A stretch of DNA of 64,000 nt from Amphiscolops sp. MND2022. Taxonomy: Eukaryota. How positions within the stretch are numbered: position 1 is the stretch's first letter; every line of letters begins with the position of its first letter. Positions 47,800-60,752 of this stretch are shown here, piece after piece. The stretch is taken from assembly GCA_964187785.1 (NCBI GenBank), contig OZ076415.1, positions 20,584,001-20,648,000 of the forward strand, given 5' to 3'. Both the position numbers and the translations under genes were made by a program. Under the pieces are notes generated by a model. The model had not been told where the DNA came from and searched no databases. It worked only from the letters and a program-made list of their open reading frames with translations.

Positions 47800-50200
47800 A
47801 TAGAATAGAATAGAATAAAGTGAATTAATCATTTGTTGCCAAGAGGCGTACAAATTACAAAATGGTTAGGTTTTTACATGTCAAATTTAGCACAACAGAT
47901 GGTACGGATAGATTCGCACAAGGAGGCGAGGTTTCTCAGTTGAGTATTATTAGTGGAGTCCATCAGCTGGTCAAATTTTATGACATTCGGATACTTATAC
48001 AAAAATTCCGACAGGAGCTCTTCTCTTTTCGCTAAATTCATTACAGGTTAACAACAGATGATATTAATCTGGGTTACATTTCAAACCACAAAAAGGGCAT
48101 ACAAGGCTGGTTTCGTTTGCTATTTTGTTACGCACAATGGGTAAAAAAGATGGGGCACACCTGAACGTAGATAGCTGTGTCCTCTCGCGTGGTTTTAAAC
48201 AATGTAAATAACTCTCCAACTTCAGCTGATGTTTGAAGGTGCTATAGGTCTCACATAAAGAACTTGTTCGTATCTTTGCATGCCAAGATTGAATTGCAAG
48301 GTCTAGGCAGCAACGTTTGACAAAATTGCGAAATTCACCATCGTTTATGAAGTTAGCGTACTCATTTGCTCGTGGTATGCCACAATTAATTAGAATGTTT
48401 TTTATCGAGATCAGCCATTTATTCTCGAAATTGTTTTCGACAATTGCTCCGTAGATCATATTGGAGTAATTACCGTTCTCTCTCGCGATGCTTTTCCAAA
48501 AATTGGCCATTCTTTGCCTTATCATGTATCTTAATTCGTAACGTCCTAGTTCTCCATACACCATTGCATTTGGTGTGCTTTTCGGTACCTGGAGAATGTT
48601 TCTTAAACATTTTTGATGGAAGACCTCAATTTGTTCGACATTTTCAAAACCCCATAGTTCACAACCATATAATAAAACAGGGAGGATCAGCGTATCAAAG
48701 AGATGTATCCTCGTTTCAACATCAAGGTCAATTTCGTTCAGTAAAACACTGATTTTAAACAAGCTTTTCCTGCTTTGTCGATATTGTTTAATCGCATTTT
48801 GGAAGGTATTATTATACCTAAATACAATGCCTAGGTAACAAAAGCTGTCGACTCGTTCAATAGGAGTGTCAAAAATTGTTATACCTTCAATTTTCCTCAC
48901 CTTACCTCGAGAAAAAATCATGTACTTAGTTTTTTCTATGTTCAATGACATCCTATTTAATTCACAATACCTGACTGTTGCATCAAGCGCTTTCTGCATA
49001 TCTCCCGCACTTTCAGTGAGGAGTACAGTATCATCGGCGTACAGTAGTACAAACATTTGCAGTAAGGTCCTTGTTTCTTCCTGGCCATTTATATCGAAAT
49101 GTCTTAAAGTACTCAAGTTTGCGCCAGCAAACTGGTTTCTTATATAATTCTCAGTCATTCAGGAAAATAATGAAGAGCAGCGGTGACAGTGAGTCACCCT
49201 GTCTCACCCCGATCCCACAGTCAAATACATCTGGGAAAACCCCATTCACTCTAACACACGCCTTCGTTTTTTCGTATAGGTTTCTGATCACTCGAAGCAC
49301 ATTGCCGTTAACGTCAATCGCAGCTAATTTCTGCCACAATATTGAGTGGTTTACTCTATTAAAAGCTTTTTCGTAATCAATGAAAGTGACAAAAAGTCTT
49401 CGATTCTGTGCCAGGTAAAGTGAAACAATCGAGTATAATACAAAAGCATGGTCTAAACAGCTGGAGTTCTTACGGAAGCCCGCCTGCTCTGCACCCAGGA
49501 TAAGCCTACGGTCCAGATCGGAAAAAATCCGTTCTGCCAGTAGAGCGGTAAACAGTTTACACAGACACCTCGCTATAGAGATGCCTCTGTAGTTGCTCGG
49601 GTCTTTTACATTTCCTTTTTTAAAGATGGGACAGTAGTAAGAGATAGCCCATTCGTCTGGCACAACTCCAGCTTCCAGAATTTTATTGAAAAACTCAACA
49701 AGGGTAAATAGAAGCGGGTCAGGTGCAGATTTCAAAAACTCCGGGAAAATATTATCAAGACCAGCTGATTTACCACATTTCAATTTGTTTATGCATTTTT
49801 TAATTTCCTCAAAACAGAAAGGTTCATTTAAAGTCTCATTTGGGGTAGTTGATTCTGATTGAGATCCAATATCTGTTTCATTAGTACTCTCATGACTATT
49901 CAGTTTTTCAAAGTGTTCAAAGAAAGCTTCCGCGCTTGCTCCTAATGTATTTTTCGAACGTGTCATGCTTTTCAGAAGCGCCCAGTACTTTTTAGGATCT
50001 TGTACTTTTGCGTATTGAAGGTTACTATTTAGTTTCTGATCGTAAGCTGTCTTTTTAGAGCCTAAAAACTGTCTATTGAATAGGGAATCTATGAATTCGT
50101 TGATTTTACATTACAGCACTGTATGTCTCATCCGTTGTAGTGGTTGAAAAACAGAAACACCGTTTTCTGTTTTTTTTTTCGCATTAAACCACATTCTAAT
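47800..50200 (-). mobile_element. Non-LTR retrotransposon (RTE/RTEX-like ORF2 RT), 5'-truncated
   Basis: KSAGLDNI, SNYRGIS, EQAGFR, FIDYEKAFNRV, GVRQGDSLSPLLF, LLYADD, PVLLYGCELWG and TPNAMVYGELGRY, ending in a (TATTC)n tail. Frameshift at ~49155. The clade assignment is tentative. Confidence 0.92.
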
Positions 50201-51039
50201 TACTTTTGAGCGTTGACTATGTCGTTTGCTCTGAGCAATACTAGGAGTAATAAAACAGTCAAACTAGGATAAAAGAAAGACGGTTAAAAAGCATTTGGAT
50301 GTAAGAAACATTTTCACTCCTCCGGTTTTATGCCGGACAAACCTACGTTGATAGGACAACTGATAAAAGAAACTTATTTCTTACCGCCCTCTGAATTTGA
50401 CTGTATCTTTGATGTTTTCCATTTCCGAATTTCCTGCTAACATTTCATACGAATTATTCGACATAAACCTAAGATGAGTAACTACGCAGTTGAAGACGTG
50501 CTTGTTCGCGCGGAACTTCGTGATACTTCGTTTCATTTGACGGAATTCTCAAATACTGGTAATAAAAAACGCAAGGGGAAAACGCACCGTAGGAAATTAC
50601 GTTCCAGTTACTTCATTGGATGTAGTTATCAGTACTAGCAAATCCCATCACTTTCTTGATCATCTTGAAACCGTCACGCGAAAAGCGATCTGAGAGAAAA
50701 AAATTTGTGCCCTTATTACAAGGATGGCGTGTCAGTGAAAAGAGTTTGGGTATGAGTACGTTGCAAGCTATAGAGCCTCCTTACAGTGTCAATAACGGTC
50801 CTATAAAATAAATTTGGAAAACATCATTTTAGTTGAATTGGATATTCAAATAAATTTTGATGTCATCAATTTCACTTGTCAGCTCTTCTTAGAATCAGAA
50901 GATCTAAAAAGAAAAAAGTCTCGATAAAAAATCCAAGTCAACGAAACAGGTTTGTGACCATGTGATACGTATCTTTTGTTCAGCTTGTTGTCTTTCATCT
51001 CTGGAGCATTTTATTGCTCGGAATTGTCGGCACATTGTA

Positions 51040-54000
51040 TTCACCTGTGTCTGTCCCCATAATTGACAATGTCTGTAAAGATCGATAGTTTGAAGCCCTC
51101 AAGAGCTGATTTTCGTGGCATTTGCACTAAATACAACAATGAACCCGAAAAACTTTTGATCTTGAGATCTGACCAAATAGTCCGACTTGCCACACTCCTC
51201 GAAAGTATAGTCCGACTTGCCACACTCCTCGAAAGTATATCTGATCAGATTACTACACTTGACCTCCAAATACAAGAACATACTGGACATGCTGAACTAA
51301 CGAGATACAGGATTCAATAACGGGCGCTAGCGATGCTAATGACACTGTTTCGCTTGATATTGACACCATTTATTGGCGAGTTCGTTCAGAAAGTTTGCAC
51401 GATCATTTAGGGGGAGGAGAGCCGTCTGCCAGTTTAAGTGCCTCAGTTGTAATGTTACCCACGTTTAAGGATGAACCTTAGAATCGGATTTCAATTGACA
51501 ACCCGTTCAAAGCATCTGTTCACAAAACCCACTCGTTAACAGGCTTGCAACGGCTTAAGTTTTTGAAAGCTCTGCAAGGCGATGCAGCCAAACTGTTGCA
51601 AACAACTGTTGCATCAACTGATGCCAAATATTAAATTGCCAGCCACGCACTGGAAGAACGCTATGCGAATCATCAACTATGTTCACGAACGCGTTGGACG
51701 AGCCATTTCGAGTATCCTAACGTGAAGTCGGAGAGTTTTGAAGATTTGCGGAAAGTTGTATAGAAACATTAGAAACTTCGGGTTGGTCGGAACAGTTTTG
51801 GCCAGCATGCTCAATTTAATCACCTTCTTCCAGCAACTCAACACCAGCAACTACCAGCAACTCAACACATTCCTTGAGAGTAGGTGTCAAGCGCTGGAAG
51901 TGAATGCTGTTAATGTAACTAAACAAAAAGACCTGGCTGTAAAGAGTAATCAACGGTAACCAGGGCTGTTATTTTACATGTTAAAAAATTGAATGTTAGT
52001 TAATAACTGTAAATTGAAGAAAACTACCTGTAAAAAATGTTTAAAATTTAAAGAGCATTTTTCAAAACAAAGGTAGCTAGTTCATTTCTGATTCAGCTGT
52101 GGGAAGAGAAAAGCCAATTTTCCTGCTTTTTCTACGCCCAACGAATGTCTCAGGGTACCATAAGTGATACCAGGTGTCGAAAAGCGTCTCTTGATGCCTC
52201 CTGATGAGCTAATAGCTGTAACTAAAGATACAGCTGCTGCAACTAGATTCTTGTCAAAGCCCAGCTTTTCACCGGACTTCCACCAGGATACTGGGTCAGC
52301 TTCCTTGTAAGGACTGTCGAACAGCTCTTTCTTGTACGGAGGCAGCATTGACATGAATTTCATGGCCTCAGGGACAAGGTCTGGGTCAATTTCACGCAGG
52401 TAATTGAGAGCTTTCTCAATGTCGTCAGAGTCCAGGGTTTTACCGTTGTATCTATGATCAAAAAGATTAGCAGCAAAAATTACGTGATTATCTGCAACTG
52501 CTTTCATGTACCGCTCACTGACACTGTTTGTTAGATGATCGCGGGGCATTTTTCCTCAACTCACACCATACCTCGTAGCACTGGCCTTATGAACAATTAT
52601 CTTTTTGCATGAAGTCCAAAGTGCTGCTCAACGGATTGAAAAACTCAAGCAAGTCGGATGCAGTTCATTTCAACTGAATGTCCTCCATCCAGTGGTAAAC
52701 TTTATCACTCGCAGTTAAAGTGGTATTGATGATTACAGCAAGCGACGACCAATTGTCTACAAAGTATTTTAAACTATCAGCAAGAGAGTTCCCTCTCGTT
52801 TAAACAGGTAGTGGAGGTCTGGGTAAATTGTTATCTCGCATCAAAGATGACTCACCAAAGATGGTTTCGCAAATGCTTCAAAATTGAAATGATTTTATCT
52901 ACAGGCGTTTTAACTATGGAGGAAACATCTTCAGCCAACAAATTCAAATGATGAGCTTGGCAGCCATATGTGTGTAGCAACGATGAAGGTTCTTTGACCT
53001 GACGTCTGAAACTAGCCATATTGCTTGCATTATCAGTAACAAGGGCATTGACAGTGACACCCCAGTCAGACTCAACTTTTTCAACATAAGTTTTAAAAAC
53101 TTCGACAAGGTAATCACTTGTGTGGGGTTTGCCACTTGTGTCAACTGTGTCAAAAAGATAATTGTCTCCGGAAACATTGATTGCGATACCGAGGGCAGGT
53201 TGCAACATTTTGGTTGACCATCCATCGATAGACATGGTGCAATTGTGCCCTGATACATTGCTCTTGACTTTGCCTTTTTCAATTTCGAAAAGCTTGCCAA
53301 GAAGCGGGCCAGCAACTCTTTGACGACTTGGTATTTTTGTTCCTGGACGCAATGTTTGTATCATATCACGAAAAGGGTCATTCTCAACTATGTTGAAAGG
53401 ACTATTGGATCCAACAACAAATTTGGTTATGAGCATATCTGATTGCTCAGGTTTGATAGATGAAGTGGAAGCAAACGACGAGAGTGTAGTCTGAGATAGG
53501 CGTGGGATCTTCCTCTCAGAAGCTCCACTTGGCGCGTCAACATCGATACAAGTCTTCCAATGGGCCTTCATGTGTTCTGCATTGTTCACCATCTCATGAC
53601 CACAATTTTTGCACCTGGCACGAATGGCATTGTCCTCTTTGACCTCAACGAAATGCTTCCACACGTCAGTTTTGGGCCTGCCTTTTGACATTGTGACCTG
53701 AAATTCATTTTATTTTTTAACACCCATGTTAAAAATACCATATGGCTTGTTAATAACACGTTAAAAACAAGGTTTAATAACAGCCCTGACGGTAACCGAG
53801 ATCATTCATGCTAACCTTTGCTGCTAATTGGAAGAAGGACTCGCGTCTGTAATGTGACACTAAAAGTCATTCCGCGAATGTCAGAATACATTACAACTCT
53901 GTACATCCTCAGCTACTGCTAGGCCCTTCTAAAAGAAATGAACTGAACTGTCACTCTGTATTCATTCTATCTATGCATTCAGATACAACATATTCGCAAT

Positions 54001-54200
54001 GTGTCTCTCCAATAGCTCTCAGCCTGTTGAAGGCTACAACGAATTCAGAAAGAACGGTGTTGCTAGGATCTTACCACCACTCATAATGACTATTTTTGAC
54101 TTTCATTGAGTTTTGTTCTCACTGAGAATGAGAACCATTGATAACGATACGTCAGGAAAAAAATTATTGGACCTATAGCAACGAAGACTCCGATCTTGGC
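51040..54200 (+). mobile_element. Degraded BEL/Pao-like retrotransposon gag region, split by the hAT insertion
   Basis: DUF1759-like remnant LPTF...FKASVHK..LTGLQRLKFLKALQGDAAKLL...Y.IA...LEERYAN, with many stops. A 30-bp in-frame tandem duplication lies at 51177-51236. Confidence 0.6.
51961..53788 (-). mobile_element. hAT DNA transposon with BED-finger transposase pseudogene (52082-53691)
   Basis: 13-bp TIR CAGGGCTGTTATT/AATAACAGCCCTG and a perfect 8-bp TSD ACGGTAAC. BED finger (VWKHF..RCKNC..HWKTC), SIDGW, TDNASNM, CQAHHLNL and a dimerisation domain (SWWK..SSGGIKRRFS, catalytic E replaced by K). Frameshifted. Confidence 0.95.
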
Positions 54201-55325
54201 GACTCACTCTTTGATACAGTTTCGGGCTCTGATGCCCTGGGGCTCCGCTCCTAAAGACTTCACTGCTTCTGCTACTACTACTATTTTCTTTCGCTTTAGT
54301 ACCTGATTAGTACTACTCCTGCACTTTTTTCTTTCATAGTACCCGAGTCCTGATTTGAAAAGTTTTGTTCGTAATGAAAACTTTAGCTTCAATCCGCGCG
54401 CTTTAGAATAACAAATGTCAAACTTTTGATGTCTTTTTCCTCCAGTTCACAACGTGACATCGAAAAGTCCTGTAGTACAAAGCGTGGGTCAGTTGGCTCA
54501 TTCAGCTGCAGTTGTATGGTACAAACCGGGTATCCAACCACGGTGGTTTTTCATGCCATACGATGGTTTAAAGCCATATGAGATCTAAGATTTCTGTTGA
54601 AGAAACGTAAAAATCTTCATTTCAACAGGGTCCTTTGTTTCCATCAATTTCTGGCATCAATGATCTTTCCGGTGTCTCAGTTGCTTAGTGCCACGGGTTC
54701 TCGGGCAGAAGTTGGGGGATCGAGTTTCGCTAACGTCCAATGGACTATCTCAGTAGCATTTGCGGCTACGTTTTTCCATAATATCATTCACATATAACGT
54801 ACTTAAATCAGCTGTAGAGCATCTTTTTGTCTTTTCATACGTCTGAGAGGCCGATGATGGGGGTAAGATTCTTACCAACTCTGAACATTTTTAGTCGGAG
54901 ATTTTTGAAACAAAATGTGCGCCACAGAGGAAAGTTTCTTTGGTAAAACAACAGACCTCACACAGATTGGTCCACTTACGCAAAGTTCCAAAAGGTACCC
55001 AAGGAAGCTTAAGTGTACTTCCGTTGAGTTTTTCATAGTATTTGCCTTATCTGCTAAACTATTTGATATCAAAGGGTTTTTTTCGGCAGTGTGTGACTTA
55101 TGACCCCAATTTTGCTTTTTTTGATGTTTTTAGTTAGAGAAAAGCGTTCTTCGAGCGCAAAAGGCCTCTTTTGGATATTTTCGGCACTCCTACTTGAGGC
55201 GTTCCCGTTTTAAATGTTTTCTATCGTTCTTCGTAAGGTTGAATCTATATTTTTGCAGTCCAGCTAAGTAAGTTTTTTTTCCACTATAGTCAACTTCATA
55301 ATGAGCGCCTTTTAGATAAAAGCCA

Positions 55326-55398
55326 AAACCCCAGAGAGATTCGAACCTGCAGCCTCCCGATTGCACGGCATAAGTGTTGACCACTGTGCCATAGGGAC
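55326..55398 (-). pseudogene. tRNA pseudogene or tRNA-derived SINE head
   Basis: A box TGGCACAGTGG and B box GGTTCGAATC. The acceptor stem is partly paired; the D, anticodon and T stems are broken. Confidence 0.55.
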
Positions 55399-56163
55399 TT
55401 TATTGAAGTTGAACTGTTGAATATATACGCATGCGATTAAAATAATATATACGCATATTAAAATAATCGATGTCTTCGTCATGTGTTGCGAAGCACCGCT
55501 TCGTCTCTGTGTTAAATTTATATAGTAAAACATATTTTTCAGTCAAGTCCGTGTTATTTCAGTTCCGCCATAAACAGCTAAAAGATACATGAGACTGATA
55601 AATTTCTTCATCTCTTACTGTTATTGTTCTTTAATTAAAGTGCAGAGGTTTTTTGACCTTCATTCAAAACTGCAAATTTTCTCAAATTTGTCCAGAAATG
55701 AAATACTGATTTTGTAGATTTATTTAGATTAAGATTTTCCCCAAGGATGACTATACTCCTTGAACATTGCTTGGATTTTCTGTAACGGCAAAAATATTTC
55801 CGAGCCCCGAACGTGTCATTTTTTTCCGAGCCCAAGCATGTTCGAAAACAAGCTATTGAAACGAGTATACACTAATTGGGAAAAAACCATTTTCGGAAAA
55901 AAATGTTTTTTTTGAGGAAAAAACAAAAAAAACTTTAATTCACGAAAAAAAAACAATTTTACCCAACCCTGGTATACAGTCAAATGAAATTGTAAATACA
56001 GATCACCAATTTCGTCTAGCTCTGGAGGACTTTTATGCAACCCACGTACGCTTTAATCAAAAGATCAAAGAACGTTATTCCTGTAATTATCTGCTGAGTT
56101 TCAACCAAGCTTTGCAATTTTAGATGTAGCATGATCATTTGACATGAACAATATTCATATTCC

Positions 56164-58786
56164 ATGGCATGTAGTTCCGGTTCTTGTTCAGTTGAGATCA
56201 TCAGACCGTGTAATATTTGGACTCTCGAAGATGCAGAACAGTTTTTTTCTTCTGCTGGGACGAGCATTAAATCGGTGTCACCCGAAAAGGTAGAAGAGTA
56301 TTTGGCGTGTTTGGAAAACACAGGCTTGTCCGAAGCTGAAAAGTCTTCAATGGCTGCTCTTACCAAGTACGTTGGTGTTGGGTATTTAGATGAAGACAAC
56401 CCAGTGCAAGCCTTGAAGTTCTTTCAACACAGCTGTCAGTGCTACGAAAACTTGGATTATAAAAACCAAAAAGTATCAACTGAAATGATCACAGATTTAG
56501 AAGAAGAGGCGCATATTTATGTGAATTTATGTCTCGTCCGTAACCACGATCGATTGGCCGATACCGCACAAGTTTTGAGTTTGTACCAATCTGAGAAATT
56601 GACTGCCAAGAATGGGGCACTTCTATACATAGCAATTGAAGAATTGAAAAATCTCCACAATGTAGATACTGAGCTTTATCTTGACCTGGAAACCGAAGAT
56701 TTTGAAGAAAACACTTTGTTCCGTGTTCATTCTGCCTGCGAGTTCCTTATCGATAGCGGATTCGTACAAGACTTTGACGAGTGTTGGACAGAACAAGATG
56801 ATCGTCTCTTGCTTGCCAAAATGCTGATTCGTTGCGAAGTTGACGATGAAGAAATTCATGAAAGATGCGCAGAATTGATTCGACAAGATTGTCATGAAAG
56901 AGGAATTGAAAATAGTTGTTCCCTAGCCCATGTGCTGTATGCGAAAGGCAAAAGACTTTGTGAAGAGACAACGACGATTAGTGCAGAAAAAGCTGCGAAA
57001 GAGTGCTTCGAAACTTGTCTTGCTATTCGTCAAGAAAAGTTGGGCGATAATCACGTGCAAACAGCTAAAACTAAGTTTCAGATTGGGCGCTTGAATTTCT
57101 TGCATTCTTTGAGTGAAGATGCAGCCTCGGATCCAAAACATTACGCAATGATGGAAAATGCCTTGCATATTTTGGAGCAACACAGCGATGGATGTTTTCT
57201 CGAGTGTATCAAATCTGCTGAAACTATGGCTGAGTTATTGCTCGCCAATGGATTTTTACAGCAATCCTTGGACATTTTTGAACGATGTTCTCAGTTGATT
57301 CTCAATCGTGAAGCATCAGTTTTTGATGACACCTATTACTTGCTTCGAGTTTGGACAAGAATGGGCGAAATCCAAATGGAGTGCAAGAGATATCGGGTTG
57401 CTCTTGGGTGGTTCGTTAAAGTGTCTGATCGACTGGAGATTGATTGTCTCATTCAAACGCAGGGTGGGTTTTTCGACAAAATATGAAGGTTATTTTCGGC
57501 ATTTTAATGGCGTTGAAATGGGCTACTACTGAAAATCCTGCTGAGGTCAATTTGACATCTGGGAATTTTCAGTTAAACTAGGTGGGTTTGCGCAATATTT
57601 TTTGTTTGTGAAGAAATTCAAAATTTGGTGTTCTTTCCAAATTGTCATTAGAATTGACAATTTTACTTTGAAACATTCCATCCAAAAATTTTTCATTGGA
57701 AGTGTTGAATATATTTTAATTCTGAAAAAAACACGGATATGGAAATATGAGTTTTCTCTTCCTTGCATTGCGAGCTGAAAGTTTGATTTGAAAGGGGTTC
57801 CATTTGAGAAAAAAATAATATTTGAAATGTTCGAATATAGACAAAGTCTTAAAATCACCCATCCTGTTCGAGAACCAAATGAACTTTGGCCAAAATGCAT
57901 CATGGGGCGCGAATTTTGTGAATTCAAGTTGGGTGACTGCTCATATGCGGAAAACCTATTCGATCTGGGAACAAGTTATCTCCTATTTTCTGGATGCGTT
58001 TGGGTTCAAATAAGTTTCACTCTGTTTGAATGTGAAATGCTTTATTCTACTGGGTCCAATTTTACAGCGTCGGCTAAACTCTACACCGCTCAGTTAACCT
58101 ACAACCGGCAAATGGAGTCTGCAAAGTCGGAATCAACTTCCATGCTTGTTTGGACTAGAATTCTTGGTGTCAAATTCCGATTAGGATTGCTTCATGAAAT
58201 CAACGATGCTCCGCAGACAGCCGAAAAATACTACTTGGAGGCGTTGGAAATTTGCCACGAAAACAGAATTTTTTGCCATCCTGTTCTGTTTGATACAAAC
58301 TTTCATCTGGCGGAAATTTACTTGAAACAGAAGAAAGTGGCAGAATGTGAAAAATTCGCAAAGAAATCTCTCGAAATGTCTCTTCGTCTGTTTGACCCTA
58401 ATGAAGGTCAAGTAGAGTCTGTGTTTGATATTTTTAAACAACTTGTGGAGTATCGAAAAAATGTGCGCAAAGCCAGCTTTGTGTTCACGTCTTACATGGA
58501 TACGTTTTCCCGTTTAGGAGTTGCGGATCAGTCAGTTTTCCTTGCTTCGTTTGGTTACACTTTTGCCAAAAGAATGTTTGAAGAAATTATGTCGGAAGAG
58601 TCTGAGCTGAAAAAGTGTCGAGATCTTTTCGCCAAATCTTGTGACGTGTTCAGGAAGTCGTTTGGAAGAAAAGATGAGAAAACGGTCGATAGTCAGAAAA
58701 TGATGGGGTTGTGTCATTTGAGATTGGGGAATGTGCGACTGGCTGAATGGCATCTGTTCAACGCGGCTGTTGCTCTACAAAACTGA
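56164..58786 (+). CDS. TPR-like family paralog 3, two exons (56164-57463, 57873-58786)
   Basis: The two ORFs join in frame via a phase-1 GTGGGT...TTCGAG intron, giving IQTQEPNELWPKCIMG, which aligns with DDRTELVIRHLTG of paralog 2. The family N- and C-terminal motifs are present. Confidence 0.75.
57460..57866. mobile_element. MITE-like insertion with short imperfect TIRs, coincident with the intron
   Basis: Left end CAGGGTGGGT; the right end reverse-complements to CAGGATGGGT (9/10 match). AT-rich interior; no clean TSD. Confidence 0.5.
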
Positions 58787-58918
58787 TTAATTCTCATCGG
58801 CTAGTAATGTTGAGCTTATGCTATCGAAATTTCGTTACAATTTTTGCAAGAATCGGTTTTCTAAAAGTGAACAATATTCTGAATTCGAATCAATATCAAC
58901 CTAATCTGAAGTGACTAT

Positions 58919-59278
58919 CAATGATGTTGGATTAAAATCAATTGATAAAATCATGATTTTTATTGAAAAAAGTCAATAAAATCAATGGATTATTTTTAGA
59001 TAGTAGGAAAGGATGTTCTCTTCACTTGGATGGATACATAATGATCAGCGTAATCGATTGGGCACCGAGAAGGCATCGAAACTGCTATTTTGTTTCAAGG
59101 TTTTGAATATGTAACATATTCAAGATAAAAATGTCAAAAAATGAAATTCAGTTTTCATATAATGTTTTTCAGTTGTTTGTTAGAGATAAAAGTTAAAAAT
59201 AAAAAAAATCATGATTTTCAAAATTAAAATCGGATTGATTTGATTTTTCTGAAAAAATGGGATTTTAATCGATCCCTG
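58919..59278. mobile_element. hAT-like MITE
   Basis: Ends CAATGATG..GATTAAAATC / GATTTTAATCGATCCCTG, with inverted AAAATCATGATTTT motifs. Flanks GTGACTAT / GTGACATT could be a decayed 8-bp TSD. Confidence 0.45.
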
Positions 59279-60752
59279 GTGACATTATTTTTTGGCCCAT
59301 GTTTTTTGTATTCAAATTTTAAGCCTTCGATTGAAAGCCGCTGTTCGAATGAAAATTGTATTAGAATTTGATTGTCAACAACGGAATACTTTTACAATTT
59401 CTTGTATTTGTTCTTTTATCTATGTTCTTCATAAACCTCAATTTTTTCATTATGAATAGCATTCTTACTAATTGAATGTGATTTCAGTGATGTAGTGATT
59501 CAAAATATTTTCGTGTTTTGATCTGTTGAAGATCTGTTTATCTTGCCCTACAAGTTTGAGGCCTTAGCCATTTTTTTCTGTTGATTTTTACTATTTTCGG
59601 TGCTTCGGAAACAAATCGATGAATCCATTGTGACTTCAATCAAGTATATCGAACTCTTACCTGTGGTTTTTGTATGTTCCTCGTTCAAAAAGATTTAAAA
59701 TGTTTGCTTAATTATATATATTTCAATTTTTTAATGAATTGTTTATGAAACAACTCCCAGGAGTTTTTAGAGCTTGTAAATGACGCAATTTTTTATCTAC
59801 CGTGACTTTTCGATTGAATAGAAAATATAAAATTGGCTGAAAGTTTTCAACCTGATACAAGCTTTTGAACTTCCGTAGAAGAAACTTAAGGATATCATTA
59901 TAAAACTAAGTTTCTGCGTGAGGTGGAATACTATCGAAAACGTAAACGGTAGTTTTTCTCATTTCTTCTCTCCCAACATCTATACTATTTTCTTGACAAA
60001 ACCTCGACAAAGTCCTTTATGCGTTTTCAATGATAGCCTACTGTGTTACTAGAGTGAGACAGTAATTTAGCAAACAGTTTGCTCAGTTATTGTGAAAAAA
60101 CAATTTTTCTTGGACGTATTTTTTTGCAAATTTTTCATTTTTTTAGATACTTTTTTCACGGTGGCTCGGAAAAAAACTATATTGACACACATAACAAGTC
60201 ACCCCTGTTAGTCGAATAGATTGGCAATAAGAAAGACAAATTTTTGTTTTCCTATACGTTTTTCGTGTTTCCTAATTTTTATTGATTGCAAAAAACATTG
60301 CTGTCCTGTTTTGAGTACGAAATCACTGTCAAGGATAAAGCGAACGATTGTTCACCAATTATCCGTTCTCTGAGGGGTTCGCCTTCATCTTTATGAGAAT
60401 GAAAAAAGTCATTGTCGTTTGCGAGTGAAATATTTTTTTTTCACTCAAGTAACATCTTACAGCCCAATTATCACTGCGTGTCGAAGAAAGTTGAAACTAA
60501 CCACTTTTCAAGAAGGCTTGAGGTGCGATGGTTTAATATTGACGGGTTTCCACCGGTATCTATAGTGACCAGAAGAAATCGTCAAAACCTATTGAATAAA
60601 AAAGTTGCGGTCTGAAAGATCATTGAAATTGAGAGCTACGTAGATTACAGCAAAAGACTCCTCGAACTCGATTGGGATATCAATTCGTACAATTAGAAGT
60701 GGCAGGGGCGACGGTATCAAAAGCACGAATTCTGGTAGCGTCAAACTGGAAT

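Larger units (their letters stand above)
40725..48500 (+). repeat. Tandem triplication of a ~2.6-kb unit (TPR 3' half + spacer + LINE 3' end)
   Basis: Units 40725-43320, 43321-45917 and 45918-48500 (2596, 2597 and 2583 bp) are near-identical. Confidence 0.97.

Noticed and set aside
13208-55398. The two tRNA-like sequences (13208-13279, 55326-55398) as functional tRNA genes
   Set aside because: The cloverleaf stems do not pair and no anticodon can be assigned.
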